This document shows positions 24,161 to 36,843 of a DNA stretch of 64,000 nt, one piece after another. The position numbers and the translations under genes were made by a program. The stretch's first letter is position 1. Each line of letters starts with the position of its first letter. The notes under the pieces were generated by a model, which saw only the letters and a list, made by a program, of their open reading frames with translations, was not told the DNA's origin and did no database searches. Location of the stretch: positions 186,001 to 250,000 of the forward strand of contig NIVC01000414.1 of the NCBI GenBank assembly GCA_002269645.1, written 5' to 3'. This DNA is from Macrostomum lignano (taxonomy: Eukaryota).

Positions 24161-25110
24161 ATCACTCTTCTAAGTGAAGCCTAAGATAAGTTTAAGTAAA
24201 AGATTAGATGCCATTCGGCCAATTTGATTGCCAGTTGACTCACCACAGGCCCTCAAAACCGTCATGGTGAGTGCATGATGTTAATTAATAAAAATTCGCC
24301 CTTTTTCTGTGCCAGCTCAGCTGCCGTATCAGCTCAGCCGGACCCGAGCTGCCGCACCACTTTGACCGCTCAACCGACTGTGCTGGGACCCAGATGCCAG
24401 AGAGAGGAACACTGGGGGGGGGGGGGCAGGATCTCTATTCGTCCGTCCAGAGAGCGCGTGTTTCTAGGCAGACCCATGCAGCCCCACCCTGCTCATTCCT
24501 GGTGGTTTTTTTGAGTCGATGCGAAATTGACGGAAAATTTCGACTTGCCCTCCGCTTCCCCTTCATCCCGGTATCATTATGCATGCATGTGAGAGGCGGG
24601 TAGAGGGGGAGAGAGAGAGATCCTAGGTAGAGAGGCCCCCGTCACCTCGACATAGGAATCGGAGATTCGATCTCAGACCGAATCGAGGGCACATACTCGT
24701 ATTTATTGAGAGAATCGGCCCCAAAGCCCTTCCCGACCCCATGGCAACTGACCCCCCACCCTTCGCCAACCCACACCCCGAAGGCTCCTTGTGCGAAGTT
24801 TCTGCAAATCCAGATCTGCCTTATTAATCGGGCAAATCTGGCGCAAACCGAAATCTTGTTGGTGTACTTTCTCCTCGATCTAAGGCTTCTGTCTGGCTGA
24901 GTACGTGGCCCCGGGGTTTGACTAATCCAATATATTGGCACTGCTATATTTAGAATATTTGTGTCGTCATTGCATAACTGCAGTGTGATTAATGTTTATT
25001 CATTATTGAGCTCGTTTAAACTGCTGCATGATACATGATCATGTAAACTGCTACATGATAAAGGGACTTTTTATGCTGATTTGAGTTGATTCCCCAAATA
25101 AGAAACTCAT

Positions 25111-26130
25111 TTATCTATCAGAATCTCATAGATCCATCAGAATCTCAAATTGATCTATCAGAATCTCATGAATCTATCAGAATCTCATGAACCTATCAGA
25201 ATCTCATAGATCTATCAGAATCTCATCACCCTATCAGAATCTCATTGATCTATCAGAATCTCATGAGCCTATCAGAATCTCATGAGCCTATCAGAATCTC
25301 ATAGATCTTTCAGAATCTCATGAACCTATCAGAATCTCATAGATCTATCAGAATCTCATGAATCTATCAAAAGCTCATGAATCTATCAGAATCTCATGAA
25401 TCTATCAGAATCTCATGAATCTATCAGAATCTCATGAATCTATCAGAATCTCATAGATCTATCAGAATCTCATGAATCTATCAGAATCTCAGGAATCTAT
25501 CAGAAGCTCATGAATCTATCAGAATCTCATAGATCTATCAGAATCTCATGAATCTATCAGAATCTCATGAATCTATCAGAAGCTCATGAATCTATCAGAA
25601 TCTCATGAATCTATCAGAAGCTCATGAATCTATCAGAATCTCATGAATCTATCAGAATCTCATGAATCTATCAGAATCTCATGAATCTATCAGAATCTCA
25701 TAGATCTATCAGAATCTCATGAATCTATCAGAATCTCATGAATCTATCAGAAGCTCATGAATCTATCAGAATCTCATGAATCTATCAGAATCTCATGAAT
25801 CTATCAGAAGCTCATGAATCTATCAGAATCTCATGAATCTATCAGAATCTCATGAATCTATCAGAAGCTCATGAATCTATCAGAATCTCATGAATCTATC
25901 AGAATCTCATGAATCTATCAGAAGCTCATGAATCTATCAGAACCTCATGAATCTATCAGAATCTCATGAATCTATCAGAAGCTCATGAATCTATCAGAAG
26001 CTCATGAATCTATCAGAATCTCATGAATCTATCAGAAGCTCATGAATCTATCAGAATCTCATGAATCTATCAGAATCTCATGAATCTATCAGGATCTCAT
26101 GAATCTATCAGAGTCTCACATTGATCTATC
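25111..26130. repeat. 19-bp minisatellite ATGAATCTATCAGAATCTC, ~53 copies
   Basis: Direct reading of the sequence. Confidence 0.97.
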
Positions 26131-26613
26131 AGTGTCCCATGGATCTTCTAGGACCTTCTAAATCTATCTCATTGTTTGTGATATTATTTGATGTGGATAT
26201 TTCTATCTACATTTCCTGTTTCCAAAGTCCAATACTGGATTTTTCAGTAAAATCTTTGCACCGAAGTTTCAATTGCTACAATCTGGCTCCAAAAATGAAA
26301 GTGCATCCGAGACAGGCGCGCAACTACCAAGTAAACAGCCAGTCATGGTGTAAACAGGTTCAATCGGGAATCAGATGAACTTGTAGGAAAGGCAGCAGAT
26401 AAACAAACTCACCCCCAGTCAGAATAAGCTCGTCTGGGCTGCGATTCGAAGATCAGCTCGAAAATAAGCGATGGGGCGATCGGGGGGCGTGCCGACCCTG
26501 CCGGCTGGGCCAGGCTGCTAAATATAGTTGCCAGGCAGGCTGGGGAATCTAATTGGAGTCCGGCAGAGCATGGGAAACTGTTCAATTGGCTGCGGCAGGC
26601 TGGGGCGGAGACA

Positions 26614-27025
<412 letters not shown>

Positions 27026-27546
27026 AAGCCAATCTATCCTTTTAGGTCTTTTAACCCACAAGTTGCAATCACATGTGTTGGGTGCACAGGCACCTGCACA
27101 CTCTGCAAACAAATTGTGCTGTGGTGACCTCTCTTTAACTTCCATTTTCTCCAGAAAATGTTTTTCATTGATCCCTTAGCTACAACTGAGAATTCAGGAA
27201 ATTGCTGTACCGGTTTATATTTTTTCTATTTGAAATTACAATTTGGTCACCAGAGGCTGATGAAGCTCAAAGTGAATTTGTTTAATTGCTGGCTGATGGC
27301 GCCAATGCGTCTTGCATGAAGTGGGGAAGCTGTGAAAGTTTGAGTGGAGTTTTAAAAAGTCTGGACTGCTTCACTTGGCATACCAGGTGCGGCTTCTATA
27401 TGCATTCAGCAGGGGTGCTGGCGTCACTTGAAATTCAATGATTTGTTGAAAAGTACGTAAATTTGATTTTGGGGTGAGTTGAAGGTTGCACCGTTTTTTG
27501 TGGACAAACAGACAGATTGACATTAATACAGACAGACATTAAGACA

Positions 27547-27563
27547 GATATTAAGACAGACAG

Positions 27564-27638
<75 letters not shown>

Positions 27639-27661
27639 CTAAGACAGACAGACAGACACTA

Positions 27662-27728
<67 letters not shown>

Positions 27729-27759
27729 TAGACAGACAGACAGACAGACAGACCGACAC

Positions 27760-27846
<87 letters not shown>

Positions 27847-27857
27847 GGCAGACACTA

Positions 27858-27937
<80 letters not shown>
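27547..27937. repeat. (GACA)n microsatellite
   Basis: Direct reading of the sequence. Confidence 0.97.
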
Positions 27938-28957
27938 GGAACATAAAATGACACGCAGGTCACAAGAAGATCCACCCACACAGTAAAGCAGCCGCGGTAC
28001 CTCTTGACAGTCATTATCAAAGTCCAAATCACAGGTGAGATACTTTTCCAAGCAGCCTCCCCTGCCTTCACTGCAAATTGCAGTCCCCTGAACTGGTTTT
28101 TTGTCAGCTTGCCTTCAGCAACTAATAATTATGATACAATTAATAATAGCTCAGCAGTTTCTCTCTGCTCAAAATTACAGAGAGCCTACAGGCCGTTCCA
28201 AAGGATATCCACTTTCTGTGTGATTTTCCTTTTCCGACCATGCAAGAGCGCTTAGCGGACATTCTGCATGCTTTCTCTCTGTGTGTGTATGCCTTTTTGT
28301 GCCTTTTTCTAAGAAACAGCTATGGCCAAGAAAGGTGGCGTGACTGAGGCAGCTGTCCTACTGGGGGGGGGGGGGGTGTAAGGGGAGACTCAAGCCGGCG
28401 ATAGGGGGTAGAGAGCTGAGCCTGATCCTGGAAAGCTTCATGCAGGAGAATTGTGCTGCTTCTGAAGCAAAAGCATCGCGGGTTGCGCAGTGAGTTGGAC
28501 TAGAAAGTTATAATGGACATTGTGTCATTGTTGTTGTTGCGCTGCTCATGATGAATGCCAGTGCAGTGACTGATTCTTAGAATGAGAATTAGAAAAAAAT
28601 CAACTAAGTCTAAACCAGCACTTTTGGCTTACTGCAGAAACCTAAAATCCAGCACAAGAATTGGCTATCACAGTTTATTGTTATTCAATATTATCAATTT
28701 TACCCCTTAGTCAGTAGCTACGACTCTTTAGCTGGCAGTTGTACTGAGAAGTTCTCTGTAGGTTTTTATTACAGTTTCCTTTATAAATTACACCAATGAG
28801 ACACTGCAGGGTGCTTCAGGTTAATTAGAGAGTAGCAGAGAGGGGGGCGGATAATCCAAAGTATAACTCAGACAGGTAAAAAAAAGTTGAACGCAAAATA
28901 ACAAAATATTTAACGAGCAGCACTGTAGAGTCAGATCGGTTCGGTTTGAGAACCTTC

Positions 28958-28993
28958 TCACTTCTTCGGGGCGATGATGCCCTCCAGCTGGTT
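28958..28993 (-). CDS. DNALI1: DNALI1 exon 4 (NQLEGIIAPKK*)
   Basis: TTTCAG acceptor; matches the conserved DNALI1 C-terminus. Confidence 0.93.
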   Translation of the reverse strand, partial: NQLEGIIAPKK

Positions 28994-31426
28994 CTGAAAT
29001 GTTGAGAACAGGCGAGTAGCGGCTTCTTTAGAGTTGGTGCTGGCGAAATTCAATATTGCTTGAAGGAAAAAATGATGACGAGGTAAAAACGAGGAACATC
29101 TGCTGTTGTTCGCAATTTTGAGCACAAGCTGTTTGCAGCTGTGATTGTAGGAAATTTACGAGTACCATTCATAATATTAAAGGAAAAAATCCTAGTTATG
29201 GATATTTTTTGACTCTGAAATCTGTGAAGATAAAAAACAGATTAGCATTTTGTTGTCTGTGACAGAATAAGCCAAGCTTTACCTCCGCCTCCTTTTCATA
29301 TCTGCCTAGAATGATCTGAGATTTTGTCAGTTGATTTTTCATGTAAATATAGCTTTAGAAGACACATTACGTTGGCTAATAGAACAAAAAATGGTCAAAA
29401 ATTCTCACTACTACTACTTTAAGTAGTAGCAACATGCATTGTAGATCATTGCAGACCCGATTACCGCTTGAGCTGCTCCGCTCCCCTCTGCCCTTACCTT
29501 GAGCTGCTGGTTGGTCTTCTTCAGGAACTGCAACTCGTCCTGGTGCTTCTTCTCGTCTACCTGCCGCTGCTCGGCCGCCCGCTTCTCAATCTGCTCGCAC
29601 TTGGCCTTGAGCTCGTTGACCTGCTTCTCCAGCTCCTGCTTGTCCTGCTTGAGCTCGTCAATCTCACGCTTCATGTCCATCTTGCCCTGCTCAGCTTGCA
29701 GCGCCTTGCGCATCCCGAATGCCACGCTGGACTCGTACAGAGTCTGGTAGGCCGCGATCGTCATGCGGATCTCGTCGCGAACTCGCAGCAGGAGGAGGCC
29801 GCGCTCGGCGCAGTTGATGGTCACCTGGCGGATCAGCTCGTCGAAGATCTGCGAGTAGAGCTCGCGACGCACCGGACAGATGCCGGTCTCGCGGGCCTGG
29901 CGCTGCTGCAGGCGGCGGTCCAGCTCCTCCTGGAGGTTCACCACGTCCAGACGGGTGGCCGGAGTCGAGGACACCTGCTGTACCCACAGCTGGCCGCTCT
30001 CGGTCCACTCTCTGCAGAGTTCAAGTAGATGCACTTTATGTTTGGATTGATAAAGAGAATTACAATGTCCTTGGTACACTTTCTGGGCCTTTTTTATTAG
30101 AAACAGGGTGGTTGTGTGCACCCTGGCGCACTTTAGGCGACATAAGCACACAAACGGCGAGAGGCATTACTGCCCATTTCGCCGACACCCCTGAGCAGGC
30201 ACACAAGCGCGCGGATACGTACGCAGGCACACACTCACACATGAGTGTACAGCGGCCCTAACTTTATATTATCGTTAGGCATGTACACTTCACTGCGCCT
30301 TGGGTGGTTGGCTCTCAAAGGCGTTGTTAATTGCACGAGCAGAGCCAAGCCGAGATTCCAGTTCAGCCCCAAATTAATGTGACTGCACTTGGAATCGAGC
30401 CTGGGTCGCTGGCACACCAGAGCCTGCGCTAGACCGCTGGGCTACGGCCCCCCTTTTCTGTACCTTAGGGGTTGGCCTTCATGAGTGTGAATCTCAAGAC
30501 GACAACCCTAGCCAATTTCTATTCACACAAGCCCGAGACATCGAACCAGGCAAGAACCAGACGCGTTTATCCCTAAGCTCTGTTCCTAATAAAGCGACTT
30601 TCTCATAATTATTGACGGGCGGTTTGCTTTACCTTGGCGGCAGGATGGAGTTCAGAATCTCCTCAGTCTGCTCCGACGGCTTGCCCCCGACTGGCGGCAG
30701 CTTTCCCTTTGGCGGTGGAGAAGGAACCGGGCCAGATTCGCCTGACTGCTGCGCTGTCACCTTAAGAGCTTTGCTCTAAAAAGAAAAGGACAAGCTAATG
30801 CAGTAAACTATAAGCAATGGACCAGTATAGTTGTACAGAACAGTAAAGAAAATCTAAGTAATTTCTAGCCAGCTGAAATTTCTCAATAAAATTTAAACTT
30901 TGCAGCTAGCATGCTATTGTATTCAATTTAATTTATTGATTCATTTTTAGTTTCAAACAATTTTAGTATGCCACTTGTTTTAGAACAATGAAGATAGCTG
31001 CAGTGTTAGACATCCACTATGCTAAAAATGAGTTATCTCTAGATGGTTAAATTGTGTTTTTTAAATCCAAGTTATTGCTTACTTAATTAGATTTTAATTT
31101 TTCCACTTCTGACTGACTGGCTGAATGAATTTAGGCAAATTATTATATATTCTTGTCTTTCTTCCTATGCCACAAACAAAACTCTTTCGTGCTATTTGTT
31201 ATTTTTAAATTAGGTTCAAACTATTTTTCCCTGAGAAAACTTCATTTTATTTCAAAATTTTTATCGAAAAAGTATCGAAGATATCTCTTAGTATCTCCTC
31301 AACCACAAACAAATACTTGTTGCATATTGCATTGCATACCTTCGGTGTCTTTTTGTCTGTGTTTCGGCTGACAAGCACAGGATTGTCATACTTGACAAGG
31401 CTCTGATTCGGTGGAATGATGGACAT
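28958..31426 (-). CDS. DNALI1: Axonemal dynein light intermediate chain p28, complete 4-exon gene (259 aa)
   Basis: Exons 31426-31340, 30775-30633, 30011-29498 and 28993-28958 total 780 nt. MSIIPPNQSLVKYDNPVLVSRN...EEILNSILPPREW...QARETGICPVRRELYSQIFDELIRQVTINCAERGLLLLRVRDE...QLEGIIAPKK* matches the DNALI1 family throughout. Confidence 0.98.
29498..30011 (-). CDS. DNALI1: DNALI1 exon 3
   Basis: Core of ORF 29414..30151; CTGCAG acceptor, GTAAGG donor. Confidence 0.98.
30090..30450 (-). mobile_element. tRNA-derived SINE family 1, copy B (DNALI1 intron 2)
   Basis: Minus strand A box TAGCCCAGCGG, B box GGCTCGATTCC, CA/CG-rich body and A-rich tail; homologous to copies A and C. Confidence 0.9.
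30633..30775 (-). CDS. DNALI1: DNALI1 exon 2
   Basis: SKALKVTAQQ...TEEILNSILPP; TTTAG acceptor, GTAAAG donor. Confidence 0.93.
31340..31426 (-). CDS. DNALI1: DNALI1 exon 1
   Basis: MSIIPPNQSLVKYDNPVLVSRNTDKKTPK; GTATGC donor. Confidence 0.95.
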
Positions 31427-32968
31427 CTTCACTGACTTTTGTGGTAGAAATCACCAGAAAAAGAAGAATAAGCTCGGATGATAAAAACTATACCCTTAGC
31501 CTTAGGTAGCCTTTCAGAATTAAATGTTAACACATTTATCGTTTCAATTTTAAGTGTCTCTTAGTAACAAGTATATGTTGCAGTTAATTGACAAGTTAAT
31601 TAAAATTAAAGTAGTATTATGACTTTAAAAAAGGAATTGCTTCTTGTCAGTGAGTTCATTCGTTAAAAAGTTTTACCGTTTAAGAAATTTGTTATACAAT
31701 GCTGATTACGTTTTTAATATAGGATAATTTGACTGACAAAGGTTTCCTAGAATCTGTGCCACCAAGCCGCTGTTCATTCACCGTGTTCACGGTTCACCTT
31801 TGGTTGAAAGCTGAAAATTGTCCCGGCAATATTTTTTATGATAAAACTGTGGTTTTTTAGAATTAAAGTTAGACTTTAAGGTATTATGAAATGAAATAAA
31901 ATAATGTCTCATTTATTTCCTAATTAATTTTATCGATATGTATGCTTGCATTTTGAAACTGTTTGTTGTATAGCCCTAGGCCTAGACAGTATACATTTTC
32001 CATAACCTATAAATAGCATAAATATTTAATATCTAGCTTCTTGAATATACCTTTAAGATAAAGATATTCGAGTAATGTATTGTCTAAAGATTTTGAGATT
32101 ATTCTTCTAAATGATCTAAACAAGAATAAGAATATATTTTGTTCATATGTCATTTGTAATTATCCTATCCTAAGTTTATAATCTTTTGATAAAGAGTAGG
32201 CATTGCAAAACATAATTGTTAGCAAAATAACTTTTCAACTGATATTAATATAAAATAAAATGCTTCTTAATGGGAAATAACTAAAAACAGGCCAGGCCAG
32301 AGTTGGCCTGCATCTAGCCTGGATTTTTTTGAATATCTCTGAAAGGTTGCCCACATAAACAAATAATTTCTTTATTTCCTTGTGTCTGTGCATAGTGTTT
32401 GCCATTTTATAAGCAAAAATAATAGCCTAGTTATAGATTATTCCCTATTTTGTGCCTCATTTTTCTTTTATTTTTCTCCTCCTTATTCAGGTATATAGTT
32501 TGTGAGTATTAAAGTCTGGCTAGCCTGCCTTTTTAAGGCCCAACCTTGGCCAAGCCAGTTGAACTAAGGATAGTTATCTGTGTCTTTGCCATGACAGCAT
32601 ACCCTCATAGATGTCAAAGCATCTTTGAAAAAAAACCACAGAAGAATGATCTTGAGAAGATTTTAGGCAAAATTGATCTCAAAGAAAACATAATTAGAAT
32701 GCTGTGTAGAGAGCTTCATGAAGCACAAGAAGAACCTAAATACTAGAAAAGGAAATTGTCACAAGAACTGTAATAAATATAGAATACCAGTGCACTATCA
32801 AAGAATGTTTTACATATATCAAATATTTTGTATGCAACAACTTATGAAATGGACAATGGTTTAAGCATAGGACTAATCGAAAATCATATACAATACACCA
32901 ATACAGTATATTGCTACAATAGTACTATATACATAGAATAACAATGAGGATATGGATATATTCTTGCA

Positions 32969-33263
32969 CATACATGTGCAACGTTTAAAATTCGGTCGGC
33001 CGTGCGACTTAGTTTTAACAAAAATGCGACGTAGTTTTTGGCTAAAAATGCGACTTACATGTAAAAAAACCCTAAAGCAAAATTAACGCAACTTTGGGTA
33101 AACGGCGGGAGTAACTATGACTGCCTTATCAGGCAAAAATGCCTCGTCAGCTACTTAGTACTACTACGGGGGTATTTCGGGTGGGCATTTTTGCGACTTC
33201 CTTGGTTGGCTGCCAAATCAGTCGGCCGGATCGGCCGACTCGGCCGACTGTTGCGCATGTATG
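32969..33263 (+). mobile_element. hAT-type MITE carrying a 28S rRNA fragment, copy 1
   Basis: 14-bp TIRs CATACATG(T/C)GCAAC; perfect 8-bp TSD TTCTTGCA (32961-32968 and 33264-33271). Confidence 0.92.
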
Positions 33264-34004
33264 TTCTTGCAAGACTTTAGACTATAATCCATAGTTACGG
33301 ATAGTACTTGGTAGCACTAAAGCAATTTGAGTGTCTTTACAACAACTTAACAACAGTGTTTTTGCAACATTAGGATACTCCAATAAGTCCAACAAGATCA
33401 ATATTGTATAATGCATAGTTCAGCAATGATGTATAACGTATGTAACAGTACTAGTCACTCAACAATTTTAAGCATACTACTAAAATGATGCTAGTAGTAG
33501 ACATCACTAGTCAGACATCACCAGGCAAAAATCATAAGTCAGATAGCACCAATCAGATATAAACAGTCAGGTATCTCTAGCAATAATATAAATCTATTGA
33601 ATATAAGGACTTTTAGCTAAATGACACTAGTATATACACTCTAGTATAGTACACACTCTATACAGTAGTATGACTTGATGTGTGACTTGATATTTGTCAC
33701 CAAAAAGCTTATTTCTTTTCTTTACAATACTCATTGTAACTTGACAATGACTCAGTCATAAGATGTAGCCACTCATTTTGTTACTCACTATGTCATTAGT
33801 ACATGTAACCATTTACTTCTTTATCAGTTGTTGCACTCACACATCCCATGAATTAGTATAGCAGAATAGAAAAAATCAAACACTCAAATAGTTAGTAGTG
33901 TGACAGGGACATGTGAATATATATTTATAATATACAACAATAAATAGTGGCCTTTAAAAGGGCCATTTTAGTGCATTTGTACAACATGCCATACCAGTCG
34001 TCAA

Positions 34005-35345
34005 TCAGTCTGTCTGCCTTCTAAGCCAGCAAGTGGGGCAGTGCGACACCCTTGACAGTGCTAGCTTTACAATTCCAATGTAGAACTGGTGATGCCAGGC
34101 CTTATAGGAATCACAGGAAATCTGTGATGAAGATAAAGAGGCATGGGGAATATAATTTTGACATGTGTGCTCCTGCTGTGTGCAAAGTTTTCTCACCCAT
34201 TCATCCGGCTTCCCTTTGTTGCTGAGTCAAAAAAACTTTCTCCTTGTTGCAGGTGAAGCCCAAGCCACTCAAGCCGATGGTAGCCTTCACCAAGGCATTC
34301 CAGATATGTAGTCTTTGGTAAAGGAGGTTTTTAATGACTTCTGGCAGGATGGTATACTGTGTCTGTACATACATGCGCAACAGTCGGCCGAGTCGGCCGA
34401 TCCGGCCAACCGATTTGGCGGCCAACCAAGGAAGTCGCAAAAATGCCCACCCGAAAAACACCAAAGTAGTAGTACTAAGTAGCTGACGAGGCATTTCGGC
34501 TTAATAAGACAGTCATAGTTACTTTTGCCGTTTACCCAAAGTTGCGTTAATTTTGCTTTAGTGTTTTTTTGCATGTAAGTCGCATTTTTGGCCAAAAACT
34601 ACGTCGCATTTTTGTTAAAACTAAGTCGCACGGCCGACCGAATTTTGGAGGTTGCGCATGTATGTGTCTGTATGATGTTCTCGGCAAAGAGGCACACTAG
34701 GATGCTACAGCTATAGCTGTCCTATTGAATGAAGTGCCTTAATATGTATGCAGGCTTCTCCAGGGTTGGCCAGCCAATAAGATTTTGCAGTTGGCTGCAT
34801 GCAGATTCTAGAATGGTCAATGGTCCACAAAACTTTACTACTGTACATAGCATAGTGTTATTTAATATTGTACTATGCAAGCTTATATTTCCCTATTTAT
34901 TATTATTATTTTATCTTATATGGCCAAGAAATCAGAGATAAATTATTTTAGACAGCATAATTATTATAAAATTAAAATTATTCTTGAATATGGTTTGTAT
35001 TTGCATAAATATTATCCATAAATACATATGTCAAGCATTGAAGAGGCAAAATCTATATGCCATATGCAAGTAATTCAATCATTGCTTACCTTGGCAGCTT
35101 GTCATCACTTGCGCATATCCACCAATACCCATCCACATGCCAGTCCCTCTTATCTATAGACTCTGCCTTGTAAATATAAACTAATCCACCCTCAATTGGC
35201 ATTCTCTTAGGCCTATTTAAAACCTCCACCTTGCATTTCCCTTGCACTTTTCTGGCAAGAATGTCATGCACTTGCTATATAGAAAGGCCCAGTCTTCTAG
35301 CCAATGCTCCACTTGATCTTTTTGTTGTCTGGGATTTATTTCCAT
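34005..35345 (-). pseudogene. Degenerate coding remnants: DGYxW (WRKY/GCM1/CG-1-like) exon, Ulp1-like protease C-terminus and PHD-like finger
   Basis: RPKRMPIEGGLVYIY...DWHVDGYWW...KLPR|GTAAGC; HFIQ*DSYSCSILVCLFAE (QxDxxSC-like), whose frame is restored by removing MITE copy 2; ISCDSYKAWHHQFYIGI...HCPTC. Confidence 0.5.
34368..34664 (-). mobile_element. hAT-type MITE carrying a 28S rRNA fragment, copy 2 (inverted relative to copy 1)
   Basis: Perfect TIRs CATACATGCGCAAC; perfect 8-bp TSD TGTCTGTA (34360-34367 and 34665-34672); reverse complement of copy 1. Confidence 0.92.
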
Positions 35346-36843
35346 TTTGTTCCATACTTCTTAAAGTGAAGTGTAAAAATTTAAAGGAAAAATAAATAAA
35401 AGAAAAACATAGACTATTCAAATTGAAAAATCTAAACTACTTGCAAAAACTAACAGAGTCTACAACTAAATTAAATATAGAAACTAACAATTTTAAGTTG
35501 AAATTGTAATGGAAAATAGCTGGATTGCTAGTCAATAGCTAGAAGACCAAGAAGATAACACAAAACCTGACTAATGGTCATGTGCTCAAGCCATATTGAA
35601 TATTTTATTACCCCAATTTTCATTTGCTGTTAAAGACATTTCTTCATAGAAATAAATTATAAATATTTCAAAAATACTTTCCATGTCCAAAACTAGTCTA
35701 CTGTAACTTACACAATGTAGAAAGAACCATATTTGTTTAAGCGCATAAACATTAAAAAAAATCCAGGCCAGATGCAGGCTGACTCCAGCCTGGCCTGAAA
35801 TGAGGGACTTCCTTCTTAATGAAATAGTTAATAAGTGAAGTGGGGGCAGAAAAAAAATTGGTTGGTCATTGGGCAGTTTTGAAACTTTGAATTTTCACTA
35901 GTAATGAATTTGCACAAATAATTTTGGAAATTGTGAAGATAAATCACAATGAAATTTCTGATATGCCTTGGTTGCTAGGGTCCTCAATTCTGGGGGAGGG
36001 TAGTTGTAGTTGTAGTCAAGTGGTTGTTGAGTAGGCACAGTCATTCAAATTGGGTTTCTGACATCAGAGTTAATGTATATCAAATGCACTTAGCTGATTA
36101 CTATCAGTAGAGTAGAGCTGCCACCACTGTATTTCTTATATTACAGAATGAAATTAGTCTCAAAGCTTTATTTGAGATAAAAACTGTCTAGTTATTTTAT
36201 GCCCTGTAGGTAAAGAACTCAAGATAGGCTATGGGCTTAATTACTTAGTTGAACAAAATAAAAGGTTGTAGTTTATTTCTATTTTATTATTGTCAGCTAG
36301 ATATTATGTAGTAATTAAATGTTTAGCAGGCAGAAGTTTATTTTTGTTGCAATAGAAATAATGGAAAAGTTACGAGTATAGCCATGGTGCACAATAAATA
36401 GTAAAATGCAGCTTAAATGAGGCTACAAAAGATTAAACTAAAGATAAATGTGCACTTAAACTTCTCAAGTATATGTTGTAGTAATAGAAAAAGGAGGTGT
36501 AGAAGTAGCAGAAGTTGCAAAATAGCAGTGTTTAAGGCATCATTTAAATAGATAAACATAAATTTCAATAACTGGGGTAGGACTTAAATGGGCAGCTGGA
36601 CAGAAGGCTGGACAAGGATGCGCACAAGGTTGGGCAATAGCAAGTTGCATAGAAGTAAATAACAAAAATGTTAAAACAAGTATGGGAAAACATCAATTCA
36701 TTGGTAGGACAAATGAGAAGTGAACAGGTGATTGCAAAAGTGAATGCATTGCTGAATGAGTAAACCCTTATTGCCTAAGAATGTGACTAAGTCAGAGAAT
36801 AGGCAAAATTATATTGTCATTTAGATAAAAGTCTAGAAACTTA

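Larger units (their letters stand above)
32288..35797. mobile_element. Putative decayed DNA transposon bounded by ~43-bp inverted repeats, containing coding remnants and the two MITEs
   Basis: CAGGCCAGGCCAGAGTTGGCCTGCATCTAGCCTGGATTTTTTT at 32288 versus AAAAAAATCCAGGCCAGATGCAGGCTGACTCCAGCCTGGCCTG ending at 35797 (a few mismatches). No convincing TSD. Confidence 0.55.

Noticed and set aside
33096-33159. rRNA gene
   Set aside because: Only ~64 nt match 28S and they sit inside a TIR/TSD-bounded element; reported as captured cargo instead.
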